DNA of 64,000 bases, taken from NCBI RefSeq assembly GCF_963921235.1, contig NC_086097.1, positions 54,128,001 to 54,192,000 of the forward strand. Direction: 5' to 3'. Origin of the DNA: Mobula hypostoma. Taxonomy: Eukaryota. Below, one piece after another: positions 24,429 through 36,700 of the stretch; within the stretch, counting starts at the first letter, position 1; every line of letters begins with the position of its first letter. The translations under genes were made by a program, and so were the position numbers. The notes under the pieces are model-generated. The model was not told the DNA's origin. It searched no databases and saw only the letters and a program-made list of their open reading frames with translations.

Positions 24429-27400
24429 ATGGCTTCGCGAACAAGCATCAAGTCGCTTGCACTCAGCGCCAAGAGCAGTAGGACATTGACAAGTGTGGCT
24501 GCCCTCGCAAGAGCTAAAGCAGAAGCCGCCAAGGTGCGAGCGTCATACGCTAACCAAGAAGCAAAACTAAAAATGGAAAAGGCTGCCAGAGAAGCGGAAA
24601 TCCAGTTGGAAAAGGCAAGGATAGATACAGAGTTAGAAGTGCTGACGCTACAACGAGAAGCTGATGCAGCCATGGTAGAAGCACAAGTGTTGGAAAATGC
24701 TGAAGAAATGCACATTCTAGATGAAGCAGGAAAATCTATGTCAGAAAGGGCCAAAGTGGAACGCACCAGCGAATATGTCCAATCTCAAATTGACCTGCAG
24801 CTTCATTCTCCCTCTCCATACTTGCCTGTTGGCGTCCCATCTCATGTGAAATCATAGGGAAGCTTCATTGCATCGCGTCCCCCTGGGGAAGACAACTCAT
24901 AATTACAACCTTGCCACAAACTCAAGTATGAAAGGGCTGACTACGAATACTTCCCGACACCAAACTTACCAGATCTGGCAAGATCAGAGACAAAGGCTGA
25001 AGTCAGAACATCAAATCCCATCATGAATGTGCACGCTCAGTCATATGTTCCGGAACATGTTCCCCTAGCTAGCACACCACCTGCAGCAGAACCCTTGGCA
25101 CGGTATTTAGCGCGACGAGACCTCGTCAATTCAGGACTGTACCAGTTTGACGATAAGCCTGAAAATTACCGTGCGTGGTACTCCCCATTCACCAGTGCCA
25201 CCAGCGGAGTCCAGCTCACAGCAACCCAAGAGTTGGACCTTATGACTAAATGGCTGGGAAAGGAATCAAGTGAACAGGTGAAACGCATACACTCAGTGTA
25301 CGTCAACAACCCCAAACTAGCCTTACACAAAGCATGGGAGAGACTTCAGGAGTGCTATGCGGCGCCTGAAATTATTGAGAGGGCGCTATTTCAATGGCTA
25401 GCCAATTTTCCTAGGGTGTCAGTCAAGGACCACACTAAATTATGAGAACTCGGAGATTTACTCATGGAGATTCAAGGTGCTAAAGAAGACAGCTATTTAA
25501 TTGGCTTGTCGTATCTGGATACCTCACGCGGAGTTGGACCAATTGTGGCCAAGCTTCCATTTGGGCTGCAGGAAAGATGGGTGTCTATTGGCTCAGAGTA
25601 CAAGGAAGAGAACAGTGGTTGATTCCCTCCCTTTGAGTATTTTAGTAGGTTTGTGTGCAAGGAGGTGAAGAGGCAAAATGACCCTAGCTTCATGAATCAA
25701 GGCAGCACCACAACTCACACCAAACCAGTCAAACACATTTCGAACAATTTTGTCATCAATAAACCCATCTCAGTGCATAAGAACGAAGTCTCCGCAATCA
25801 ACGATGACCCTAGCAAGAATTGTCCATTGCACAACAAACACCACCCCCTCAAAAAATGCAGAATGTTTCGAAACAAACCCTTTGACGAAAGAAAGGCCCT
25901 TCTCAAGGAAAAAAGAATATGTTTTAAGTGCTGTGTTGTAGCATGGATGAAATTACCAGAGAGACAGAGTTACTGGTAGATACAAAGCAGCTTCTTTATT
26001 CAACACAACAAAGTACAGCAGGCATCTTACGGACGGAGACGCTTTCGGTAGAAAGTTCTGCTAGCTCAATGTGGGCTCGATATTTATATGCTAAACACAA
26101 AGGCGATCGCTACTTAAACAGTTACAGACAATGCTTCCTTTTGAAGTTACATACAAACATCACACCTTCGGATTTCATCCTTTCCTTCTGACGCCAACAT
26201 GTCCGTGTTGGTATCCACAGCCTTTAGTTCAATCCACAATACATTTATTTGGCATTTTACGTGCTAACATAGAAGACAATTAATATTTATAATGTATAGA
26301 TAATACTGTCCTCGAAACTACAGCATCAGGCACCAGAAGCATCTGGTATTTACACCTTTTAGAAAGCCCATTGTGGTGGACTCAATCCACAGTCCTTTGT
26401 CAAACAGTTAAAATAGAAGTCTGGTGGCCAAAGTCATTTAAGTGTTAACAAATCATCTACCCAAAAAGAAATCCACTCTAACATGCTGTTCCTCTACCTC
26501 CCACCTCGCTAAATAGTGTACGTTCCCCGTAAAGTGCTTGGAATGTAACAGCACTAATCACGATGGAGCTATGCATCCCGGCCCGTCACCGCAAACTGCC
26601 AAGGCTCCTCCACTCCCACAAGAGGATGGCGGGAAGGGAGACCACCACTCTGATACAACTATTGTCAGCTCGAGCTGCACAGAAGTTTGCAGTCCAGGTC
26701 AGTCGAGCCGTTCGTGCTCAAAGATCTGCCTCACTAGGGTATACCCTAGTGGAACCAAAGACAAGGCCATCAAAGTCTATGTAATTCTGGACAACCAGAG
26801 CAACCACTCACTAATGAGACCAGAGTTCTTCGAGTTGTTCAGTGTAAAGGGTAATCCATTCCCATACTACCTCAGAACTTGCTCTGGCATTGCAGAAACG
26901 TATGGCAGGAAGGCAGAAGGCTTTCAGTTTGAGTCGCTGGATGGCAAAGTCGTCATCAGTCTCCCTCCACTCTTAGAGTGCAATGAGATCTTGAATAACC
27001 GATCTGAGATTCCAACGCCAAGCGCAGTGCTACACCAGCCCCATCTCCACCACATTGCCAAGCACATCCCAGAACTGGATCCAGAAGCAGAAATACTCCT
27101 GCTACTCGGAAGAGACGTTCTTAGGGTGCACAAAGTCAGGCAGCAGGTCAATGGACCACACAATGCCCCCTTCGCCCAACGTCTGGATCTGGGCTGGGTG
27201 GTGATAGGAGAGGTGTGCCCTGGCAACGTACACAAACCGACAGTTAACACGCTCAAGTTTAACATGCTAGAGAGAGGCCGCCATTCAATTTCTCAGCCCT
27301 CCACAAGTGTTATGTGTATCAAGGAAGCACAACAAAGGCGCAAGCATAGTAAAGTACCTGAGAAGACACTGGAACAGTCAGTCTTCACTCAAACTAAGCA

Positions 27401-28167
27401 CGATAATAAACTTGCTCCATCAGTGGAAGACGCCATCTTCTTAAAAATGGACACAAAGGTCTTTAGAGACGAAGCGAACAACTTGGTCACCCCACTACCG
27501 TTCAGAGAACCATGCCAGCACTTGCCAAACAACAAAGAGCAGGCAGTCATGGAGGCCTTCCCACCCGACGAATGTGCTCCAGCAATCAAGGACATAGATC
27601 TAGGTGAAGAAACTATACTCACACAAAGGAGCTTGGGTCTCCTTCGGGAGAGCACAACCGACACATTCACGTTCTCCGTGCCGACCACAAACAAACCATT
27701 CACCCACTGTGGAGTTCTCTCCACTGTCAACAGTGTTTTTGATCCCCTAGGTCTACTGGCGCCAGTTACGATCCAGGGAAGAGCCCTCCTCAGAGAACTT
27801 TCCTCTGAGCTCTCCAACTGGGACACTCCTCTACTAGAAGACAAGCTAAGCAGATGGGAAGCAATGGAGACAGGTTCAGGCTCTTGCAAATCAGTTCTGG
27901 ACCCGTTGGAGCCACAAATACCTACCTTTGTTGCAACACAGATGGAAGTGGACAGCACCTCGCAGGAACCTTCAAGTTGGAGATCTAGTCCTGCTCAGGG
28001 ACAAGCAGATCGCCGGCAACTGCTGGCCAATGGCCATAATCACTGCCACATTCCCTGGAAGGGATGGACATGTCACGAAGGTTGAGTTAAAAACTACTGA
28101 CCAAGGTGATGTGAAAACTTACCTGAGACCAGTTACAGAGGTCATTCTACTTCTACCTAAAGACTGA
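24429..28167 (+). pseudogene. Disrupted BEL gag-pol
   Basis: Coiled coil ARAKAEAAKVRA, FDDKPENYRAW, knuckles CPLHNKHHPLKKC / CFKCC..SHLAK / CLECNSTNHDGAMH, protease YVILDNQSNHS, LSTVNSVFDPLGLLAPV, integrase tail NLQVGDLVLL..WPMAIIT..GRDGHV..YLRPV. Confidence 0.92.
25934..26483 (-). mobile_element. Solo LTR (550 bp) inserted in the BEL gag zinc knuckle
   Basis: TGTT...AACA ends, perfect TSD TGCTG (25929-25933, 26484-26488), minus-strand AATAAA near 25995; gag resumes after removal. Confidence 0.85.
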
Positions 28168-28226
28168 TCTAGAGACTAAAGTTCTATCCCATGTTTATAG
28201 TGACCTTACAAAGGTCAGGCGGGGAG

Positions 28227-28878
28227 TGTTGTTGCCCTTAAGGCATTTATTTGACTTTGTTGGGTCTACGCTTTAAATGATTTGTTTGTCACAATTTTCT
28301 AATTAAGGTTAAAGGTTGATAATTAAGTTACAGTATAATAAAGGTAAATTAATTGTCTATGGTATATCGCAACATGTGATGACGTCACCTCCGGTTTCGC
28401 CGCGTCTTATGTGTAACCTCCGGTTCGGGAAGGTGTGAGGGTGGGTGCCATGCGTGCAACATGATCGTGAAGAGCTCCGTTTCTACCCACAAAGAAACGT
28501 TATAGAAGCAACGTCATAAGTTCCTATGAAAGTAATTGAAGTAAAAAGATTAACACTTTCTGTTAAGGAAGCGGTGGTTCAGGTTTTTCAATTTCAAACG
28601 CGGGGTCGGCTCGAGCCCGGCGGTGGTTTGACGCGACCCCCTCACCTGCTACTCGGGGCGGCTGGAGACACTCGCTAAAAGAAGAGAGCACACGTGGTCT
28701 CCAGAATGAAACAGACACTGTATATGTTTGTATTTTTTTATCAACAGTTTTCACCATACGCTGTTAATGTGGAAGAGTGAACAGTAAATGGTTAACCTTA
28801 CTACGGCTCTGTTTTCAGTGGCTGCGGTTTAACTTGGCGTCTAGTCAGAGTTTCAACACACTGCACGAGAACACTACA
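28227..28878 (+). repeat. 3' LTR
   Basis: TG...CA, follows the polypurine tract, followed by TTGGG. Confidence 0.95.
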
Positions 28879-29686
28879 TTGGGTATCATGGAGCCACTTT
28901 TCCATCACCATGTCAGATCAGTATGACGGAACACCTCAACTGCCTGGATTAGTTTATGTAAATCCTATTGCATTTCTTTTTCCTCTGCAAGAGAATGAAT
29001 CTCACTTTGATAATTTATTTACTTTGAACCTTGGCACACGTCAAATAATTTTTAATCCACCCAATAAAGAGCAGCCAGCATGACTGAAGCCTCACCTACT
29101 GTCCTTTCTTTTACCACCTTATAGTTGTAGTATTTGCCATCTACGTTTGTACAAAATTCACTGCAGTGTCTTGCCTCATCAAGTCTCCAGAATGCATAAG
29201 GCTAAAAGTTTTGGGGGGGGGGGGCGCGGAAGAGCAAGCACATTGGAAGGCCATCATTTGCAAGTCCTGTTGAAGTTGTACACTTTCATGATCTAGAAAT
29301 ATATCACAATTCCCTCAACATTGCTGTGCCTAAATCCTGGAACACCACAGGAGTACATTAACCTGAAGGACTGCAATGGCTCATGAAGCCAGTTAGCCAA
29401 TCCTTTCTCAAGGGAGGTTTGAGATAAATGAGCAATAAATGCTTGTCTTCCCAGCAAAATCCACTTCCCATAAATTACTAATATGCAACTTTTTAGGTAT
29501 GTTATTGAGCACTATATTTGTGGAAAGATAATTTGAAATTCAAATTCAAATGATTCAAGTTGAAAGAATTAATTTGGCCTGTTAAGAGTTAGCCATAAGA
29601 ATCTTAATTGTTTGCAAAACATCAAACCTAACATAGTTGCTAGACCAAATAATATAGATCAAAGAAGCTGTCCGCATCTGACTCAC

Positions 29687-29766
29687 CTGTATCGGTTTTC
29701 CCTATTCATGGTCATCATTGCATGGAATGTAGCAAACTTCCTGTCCTTTATCCCCAAAATCAAACT
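29687..29766 (-). CDS. Candidate exon (80 nt), frame uncertain (SLILGIKDRKFATFHAMMTMNRENRY in the only open frame)
   Basis: Very strong splice sites attttcttttcag and CAG|gtgagt; phase does not fit its neighbours. Confidence 0.5.
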
Positions 29767-29874
29767 CTGAAAAGAAAATTGCATAAATTAACCTTAGCTT
29801 CCTCTCAACCAAAGCTACTGAAAGTTTAGTATATGAGAAGCTGTTCAATTCTTTGAGTCAAGTAAACCACATAC

Positions 29875-29991
29875 CTGTTAACAACATTGAGTAAGAGCAA
29901 TCTGACTGACTTGTAATGCTGTCAATCTCAAACTCCAGCAGTAGGCTTAATCTCCTTGATTCCCACAGCAATTTCTCAATATTTCTGAAGC
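29875..29991 (-). CDS. Candidate exon (117 nt, phase 1 to 1): (G)FRNIEKLLWESRRLSLLLEFEIDSITSQSDCSYSMLLT
   Basis: Donor CAG|gtatgt, moderate acceptor ttcgtttttgtatcatatcaaag, one open frame. Confidence 0.4.
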
Positions 29992-30532
29992 CTTTGATAT
30001 GATACAAAAACGAAGGTTGTGGAGAAGTTAGCCTCTAGTCTAGACCATATGTGATGACAAATAAATTTTTGACGCTTCGATTGTAGGTCAATCAAAACTA
30101 AATCATTCCTCTTACTGCCCATATCACTGTTTATGGAGGTTTTGAATAATCACCCGAAAGAAAAGTGGCATTCAAATCACAGCAGAAGAAAAATAGACTT
30201 TTGAACTATATGGAGACTCACAACTTTAATAAATTTCTTTGAAGTTCAGTGATTGCCTTTATGTGCACAAACGTTGTTACTGTTCTCCTAAAGCAGCTTC
30301 CACAAAGAGCTCTGAAGAAAAGGTACTTCATCTGTCTCAGTTTGTGGTGGACTGTGAGCAATCAGACGATTTATTTGCTCATTACATTTATGCATCTAGG
30401 ACTCTTTAGAACAGATATTTACTCTAATTAGCTAAATTTAATATTTGATCCATACTGCAAGTTGCCTAAAACAGGCAATAGATTCCTTACTGTTGTAACT
30501 AAGGACCTTAACAAGTAATTTAGTGCAAATAA

Positions 30533-30896
30533 ACTCTTCTCAGGCTTCCAGCCAGTGCAGGTATTGATTATAACCTCCATTTCAATGACAAACTCTACCA
30601 TCTTCTTCAGTGATGATGCCTGGATACATTTATACACACATAGTCCGATGATATTTACACACCACCCCCCACCCCGGTCCCCCTGTAGTCTATCCCTCCT
30701 GATGGACTGACCAATTATGAGGGATGGACTACAGGGGCATAAAAACCACCGTACTAGACACGCCCAGGCATCATCCCCGAAGAAGATGGCAGAGTTTGAA
30801 ATGGCGAAACGGCGGTTATAATCAATACCTGTACCCAGCTGGAAGCCCGAGAAGGGCTTTTTCATCATATATGCCATGAAAACACTAGACACTTTT
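30533..30896. mobile_element. Palindromic non-autonomous element, probably from a second Penelope family
   Basis: ~90-bp inverted arms 30533-30623 and 30764-30856, each with a decayed CUGAAGA-stem-GAAA motif. Confidence 0.7.
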
Positions 30897-31014
30897 TGAA
30901 ATAATTTAGTACTCTGCAGCTATAAACTGAAAATTGTAGCTAAGAAGGTGGCTTAAGAAATCAACCAAGAGGTCAGAATCTGAAGCATCCTGTGAAGCCT
31001 GACCAGAAACGGAA

Positions 31015-31842
31015 GAGCTGGAGCAGAGTAACAGTGGCACTAAACGGCGACTCCTTTGCTTGCTTCTTCGGAAATAGCTCTATTTCCATCTTTAATATCT
31101 TCGTTTTTCCCTTTCAAGATTCTTTTGGAGACCCTGACCTGGAGTTACACGCTGACTTCGGTTCCTTGCGGGAATGGGACCCGCTCTCGGGGTTTCATAA
31201 CTGGCCATTGTTCGGCACGCCAAAGGCTCGGCCTAAGAGTCTGGCTCAGATTTGGAAGTCTAGGATCTCAGGGCTCTGGAGAAGGGTGGCTTGAGGGTCG
31301 GTGTCACAGCAGGAGACCCATGTGTCATTGGGGGAGTCGGGATATCTGAGGCTGTGTGCCTGGAGACCCGGGATCTTTGAGATCTTTTGGCACAGATCTC
31401 GGAAAAAGCAACATAATAGACTTTGAACATTGTAAACCAGCAAGTTGTCCATTATGTCTCCCCACTCACTGGGAAAACGGAGACATCTCCTTCTCCCTTA
31501 TTAGGGAGCGAGAGAGCCTGTGTTATGTCGTATACCAGGTGAAATGTGAAGTCTTTGGGGTAACTGCAAGTCTGAGTCTTTGCTATTGCTTTGCCCACGC
31601 TGAGTGCATGGTTGCGGGTGACGATACTTTCTTTTGCTGGTGGGGGAGGGGCTATTCTTGCTTGCTGCCGCTTACCCACAGGAGGGAGGGGAGCTGGGGG
31701 GGACTTGAGTTCCAACATTTAACTGTCATTCATTCTGTGAGGCACTCCTCTGTTGTCGTGGATGGTTGCAAAGAGAAAGAATCTCAGGATGTATATTGTA
31801 CACATTTCTCTGACATCAAATTGAACTTTTGAACCTTTGAAC
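31015..31842 (+). mobile_element. Non-autonomous retroposon with Rex1-type 3' tail
   Basis: CpG-rich non-coding body ending ttgaacttttgaacctttgaac; the 3' end resembles the Rex1 3' UTRs in this window. Confidence 0.6.
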
Positions 31843-32119
31843 TGCCATGTTGCCTCCACTCCCCCACCCTGCCATCACCATCACTCCCACCATCCTCACC
31901 CATCTATGAACTAATAAGTTGAAAATACCAAGAGGTTGGAAATATGTATCCATTTCAAATAGGCAAATTGCCTATCAAATAGTTACCAGCAGTTTACTCA
32001 AACTCAAAAAACAGGCCTGAAGCAATTTCAGGCACAAATTTTTCTCTACACCCTCAAGAAAATTGGCCTACATGTGAATGGCTTGGAAGAAAGACTATAA
32101 TCCCTGTGGCAGCACTGGA

Positions 32120-32347
32120 AGTGACTGGTTTTAAGGCACCAGTAACCCACCTTTGTTCCTTCTCCTGTCTGTGGAAAAGGTTCTGCCTGGGCTTAGTAGC
32201 TAAGCCACATGTGAAGGCCTGGAGCTAGATTTGGTTGGCAGAGGCTACTTGAAGTGCACGCTTTTGGAAACATTTATAGACAGAGGGAGTTTATTCCCCC
32301 CTCCCCTCCCCCCACCTCTGCCCTACTATAACCATCCCTGAGGAACC
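32120..32347 (-). mobile_element. RTE-type 5' UTR fragment (family of 4783-6000)
   Basis: Shares gggcttagtagctaagccaca..ggagctagatttggttggcagaggct with 5915-5970. Confidence 0.7.
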
Positions 32348-33263
32348 AAGCACCGGATGGAGCAGAATGACATGGATGGGGAATAACTGGAGTACAATAA
32401 ACTGCTAATACTACAGCACTTGCTTAGTACCAAAGATTAACTTCTACCCAAGTGTTGAATATTTTAGGCTGAGTTGTGGGTCTTCCATTGTGGCACTGCA
32501 TTACATAATCATATAATTAATGACGAGATGTTGACAGCATATTCCTCACTGCAAGACAATTCCTCCATGTGACCACTGCCAGGCCCAATTTTGCCCAGAG
32601 CTGTTACTCTTTGTGATTCAAACGTTTAAAGAATAACTTACTTCACCGTTACATGAATTCACTTTATAAAAGCTCCTCCCTCTATATCCTGCTTCATTAA
32701 AGAAATGCAATCTACTTATATTATGATGCGCACAACATTTAATGCTCATATACATACAATTGCCAGCATCGTGTTTATGCTAAAAGCACAGTAGCTTCTA
32801 AAGTTGCTCTCCTACGTGTTGATACCGGTATTGGAATTGGTTTCTAATTGACACATGTATCCTGATACAGTGAAAAGCTTGTCTTGCATACAATTTATAC
32901 AGAGCAAATCATTACACAGTGCATTCAGCTAGAATAAGGTATAATAATAAAAATCGGAATAAAGTTTAAAAGCTATTGAAAAAGTACAATGCGAATAAGC
33001 AATGAAGTGCTAGATCAGAATGAAGTTGAAGTAACTTTAAAAATGTCCAAAGTGAAAATACCAGCACTCACAGCCCAAGCCAATAAAATACGAAGCCAGA
33101 GATATCTGCAGCACTGGAGATGACTACTTGGCCTGTTCGGACTGTGCCAGCTCTTCGAGCGTTCTAAATTTTACCTGACTCCATCATTCTCTCTTCTTAC
33201 TAAACCATCTTTCTCTTCAAATATTTATCCAGTTTCCCCTTAAACAAAATTATGGGCCTGTTC

Positions 33264-33512
33264 AAGATAGATTGATACTTTAGTGATCCCAAAGGAAATT
33301 ACAGTGTCACAGTGGCAATTACAAGTGTACAGATATCCAAATATACACATATTAGGAGAGAAGCAAGAAAGAATAAAAAATAAGTTACCTCAATCAGTCT
33401 AACATGAGGCTATAGGTTGACTCATTATAGAGCCTAAAGGCCACGGGTAAGAATGACCTCATATAGAGCTCTTTGGAGCAGCACTGTTGTCTTAGTCTAT
33501 TACTAAAAGTGC
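33264..33512 (-). mobile_element. Rex1/Babar-type 3' end
   Basis: SNRLRQQCCSKELYMRSFLPVAFRLYN followed by 3' UTR. Confidence 0.7.
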
Positions 33513-33699
33513 TAATTATTATTTTCAAATTATCTATGGTCATGCCTCCCAGTACCTCTGGAGTCGCCCCAGCCCTATAACCCTCCAAGATACCTGTATT
33601 CATCCAGTTCTGCCCTCTTGGCCACCTCTGAATTGGATCACACTATTGTTGGCTCACGTTTTTACTTCCTGGACAGAAGCTCCAAGATTCCATCTAATG

Positions 33700-33780
33700 C
33701 ACAGGTTCCTAACCTGGGATCCACTGATCCCTTGCTTAATGGTAAGAGTCCATGGCATAAAAGAGGGTTGGGTACCCCTG
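33700..33780. mobile_element. hAT-type MITE, second copy
   Basis: Homologous to 8897-8976; perfect 8-bp TSD atctaatg. Confidence 0.88.
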
Positions 33781-36700
33781 ATCTAATGTCTTTACTTTAT
33801 GGACAGAAGCTCTGAAACTCCACCTAAACCTTCAAAAATCTTTTTCCTCTTTTAGGAAGCTCATTAAACCATAACTATTTAAGCAAACATTGGCTCAGTT
33901 ATCTATCATTTCCTTACATGGTTTGATGAACTTTGAAAGATCTCTTGGAAAATTTTGATACCTTAAAAGCACTACATTATAAACAGCCTTTGTTGTTATT
34001 TTCCATCACCCCTTAGGGCAAAATATTCAAATGCAACAATCTGGAGATTTGAGACTCAGTTGGAGAGCTGTAGTCTTAGCCAGCTCCAACACAGGAACAA
34101 GCCTCCTCACCATCGACGACACTTTCGAAAGGAGGTGCCACAATAAACAGTATCGATCATTAAGGACCCTCATCAGCTGGGAGATGCACTCTTCTCATTG
34201 CTACCATCAGGGAGGAAGTACGGGAGCCTGAACAAGAATGCCCATTCATTCTATCACAACCGTAAAAAAATGTTACAATACCCTTTGCTCCAGTAGGAAA
34301 AATCCCACTATCTCAAATACACCTTGCGTGATCAAAAGCACAAGTAATCATCATTTGCTATGTCTGACTTGTTTGAAAATAAAGGAAAGATATGCACAGT
34401 GACTTCTAATACACTGAGACAGATTCTCCCACATTCATCTGCACTCTAAAAGATTAATAGGGTTAAGCTGGGGAAACATCTGTCTTTGCTGATATGACAA
34501 GTAAAAAAACCTGTAAAAAAATCTATTTGTCTTAATGTTTAGAAGCTAGAAAGAAAGTATCCAAACATATATTGAATAGTAAAAGAACTTCATACGTGCA
34601 TATTTTAACTATTATTTGCTTATGTCAGAGAACTTTGAAGTACATAATTAAGAAGGGTCAGAAGATGCAGAGCATTCCATGATAATGAGAAAATATTAAG
34701 GGATCAAGTCCAAATATGGAAATTTAATTATGAAGAAGATTAGTAAAATATCTTTCACATAAGCAAACACAGGTACAAATTGCAAGAAAAATGCAGAGAG
34801 CAGAACAATACAAATTATAAAAATGACCATATATAACAGAACTTCTAATAACCTTCTTGTGTAAAACTGAACAAATATTCAAATGAAGGGGAAGCAATAT
34901 CCACTCACACTCAAATGTTACACAGAAGTTAACTGTAAGAAGGACCTACTTTAAATGTTGCATTGGAATATGTGGTAACACACCATGAATAGAGTTCCCA
35001 AAGAGATACATTTACAAAGTCTGGTCATGGGGAGACTTGTTCGGTCTCCTGAGATATATATCGTCTTGGTTTCACCAATGGGGACTTCTGCTTTTCCCTA
35101 CTATATGTGTGTACAATTATCTTCTCTGTTACCTGAGACAGTTTACAGCAGTATTCTTACTACTGAATAATCCTAACTATCCCCAAAGGCAAGATTTAAT
35201 ACCAAATACAGGTGGCTGGCCCTTTCAGCCTTTGGAAACCAGAGGTCGAGTTAGTTTTCTTCAGGCAAATAAAGGTGGTTATTCCCTTTCCTGTAAGAGG
35301 GAACAACTTTATTTTGGTATTAAATGAAATCAGAAATATATATAAATACATAATACTTGCAAAGCTGGGGATCGAGTGGAAATGTAATTAGCGAAAAGGC
35401 TAGCAAAATATCTTTCAAAGAAACTGGCTCTCATTTGAAATGTTCGGAGTCCAGGCAAGTTATGCATGTGTCATGGATTCTCACTGAGCCTGATCAGATA
35501 AAGTGCAATTTGTGTAAGTGTGTATTGCATACACACACTCCAGAAATCTACGCCCTTAACTCCTGGCATGCAGGCACAGTGATTGTTACATTTGCTGATA
35601 GCTTCTCTCAGCTCTTTTGATCTTATGGCCTCTGCTCAGGAAATTGCGTTCTATTTGCCAATGCTTTCAGATAAATTAAGCAGAGAGGGTGCTGTGCAGT
35701 GTCACCAATTTTGTTCTTTTTACTTAAGATGACAAGTCATCCAACTCTATGAACCAGAACTAACTCTGCAAGCTGTTAGCATTTTACTTCAATAACAGAG
35801 CTCTTGAAATTCTTTTTATTTGCAAGGACACGCATTTCAAAGTTTGCCTGGCCTTTTCCTCCCCAGCACTCCCTCTAAGCCCCCAGCTGAATTCAAGTAA
35901 TGAGTGGCCATGAAACTCATTGTCCTTTATCTTGCTGGGGTACGTGCACCTTTTGAACTGCCATCTGCAAGTGTGCTGATGTACTAACTTGTTAACTATG
36001 CCATACTGTGAAGGAAATGGCATGATTTAGATCAAGTGTTCAGGACGGTTGTTCATAAGAAACACTTGAGCCAAACTGTTGCAGTTCAGGATGTGCCCTG
36101 GGGAGAGAGGCTTCGTTTCGGGTCACGCTCTTGTCTTGTATGAGGGCAAGCACAGAGTAAAGAAATCACAGTTTTATGCCGGAGCTGTGAGAGGAAAAAC
36201 ATTAAGAACCCAGAGAAGTGAAGCTGCCAAATTAACTTCTCACCTTTTCAATCACACTCCAGAGGGTAGACGCCTGAACTTTATGCTTCTGAAATAAGAT
36301 CAGTTTACATTAAGGAAGACGTTACTCCACTTTTATAGATTATAACTAGCCTTGGCTTCACTCAATCAATCCAAACTTTACAGCTCATTAATACTTACTT
36401 TGTTACCTGCATTATTTTGGCATAATAATATAATGACTTTCGTGCTCAGCAAAAGTCTGGAACCATTTTTAGAAAAACCATTAAAATTCTAATGTTACGT
36501 AAAACACAGCTAAATTAAGAGTGAGTATTGAAACCATTCCAAGAAAATAAAGAAACTACAATCTATCTTGGGTTATATCCAAAGCAAGAGCTACAAATTG
36601 AGTTCAAAATTCAATATATGACATGTTTAATTAATTAAAATGAAAGTAGTTCTTAAAATGCTTTTGTCTATTAAATGTATTACTGAGCATGAATATTCGA

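Larger units (their letters stand above)
23581..28878 (+). mobile_element. BEL/Pao LTR retrotransposon, internally deleted, two LTRs
   Basis: Direct LTRs 23581-24387 and 28227-28878, TSD TTGGG, polypurine tract aggcggggag, and gag/protease/pol/integrase C-terminal remnants. Confidence 0.96.
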
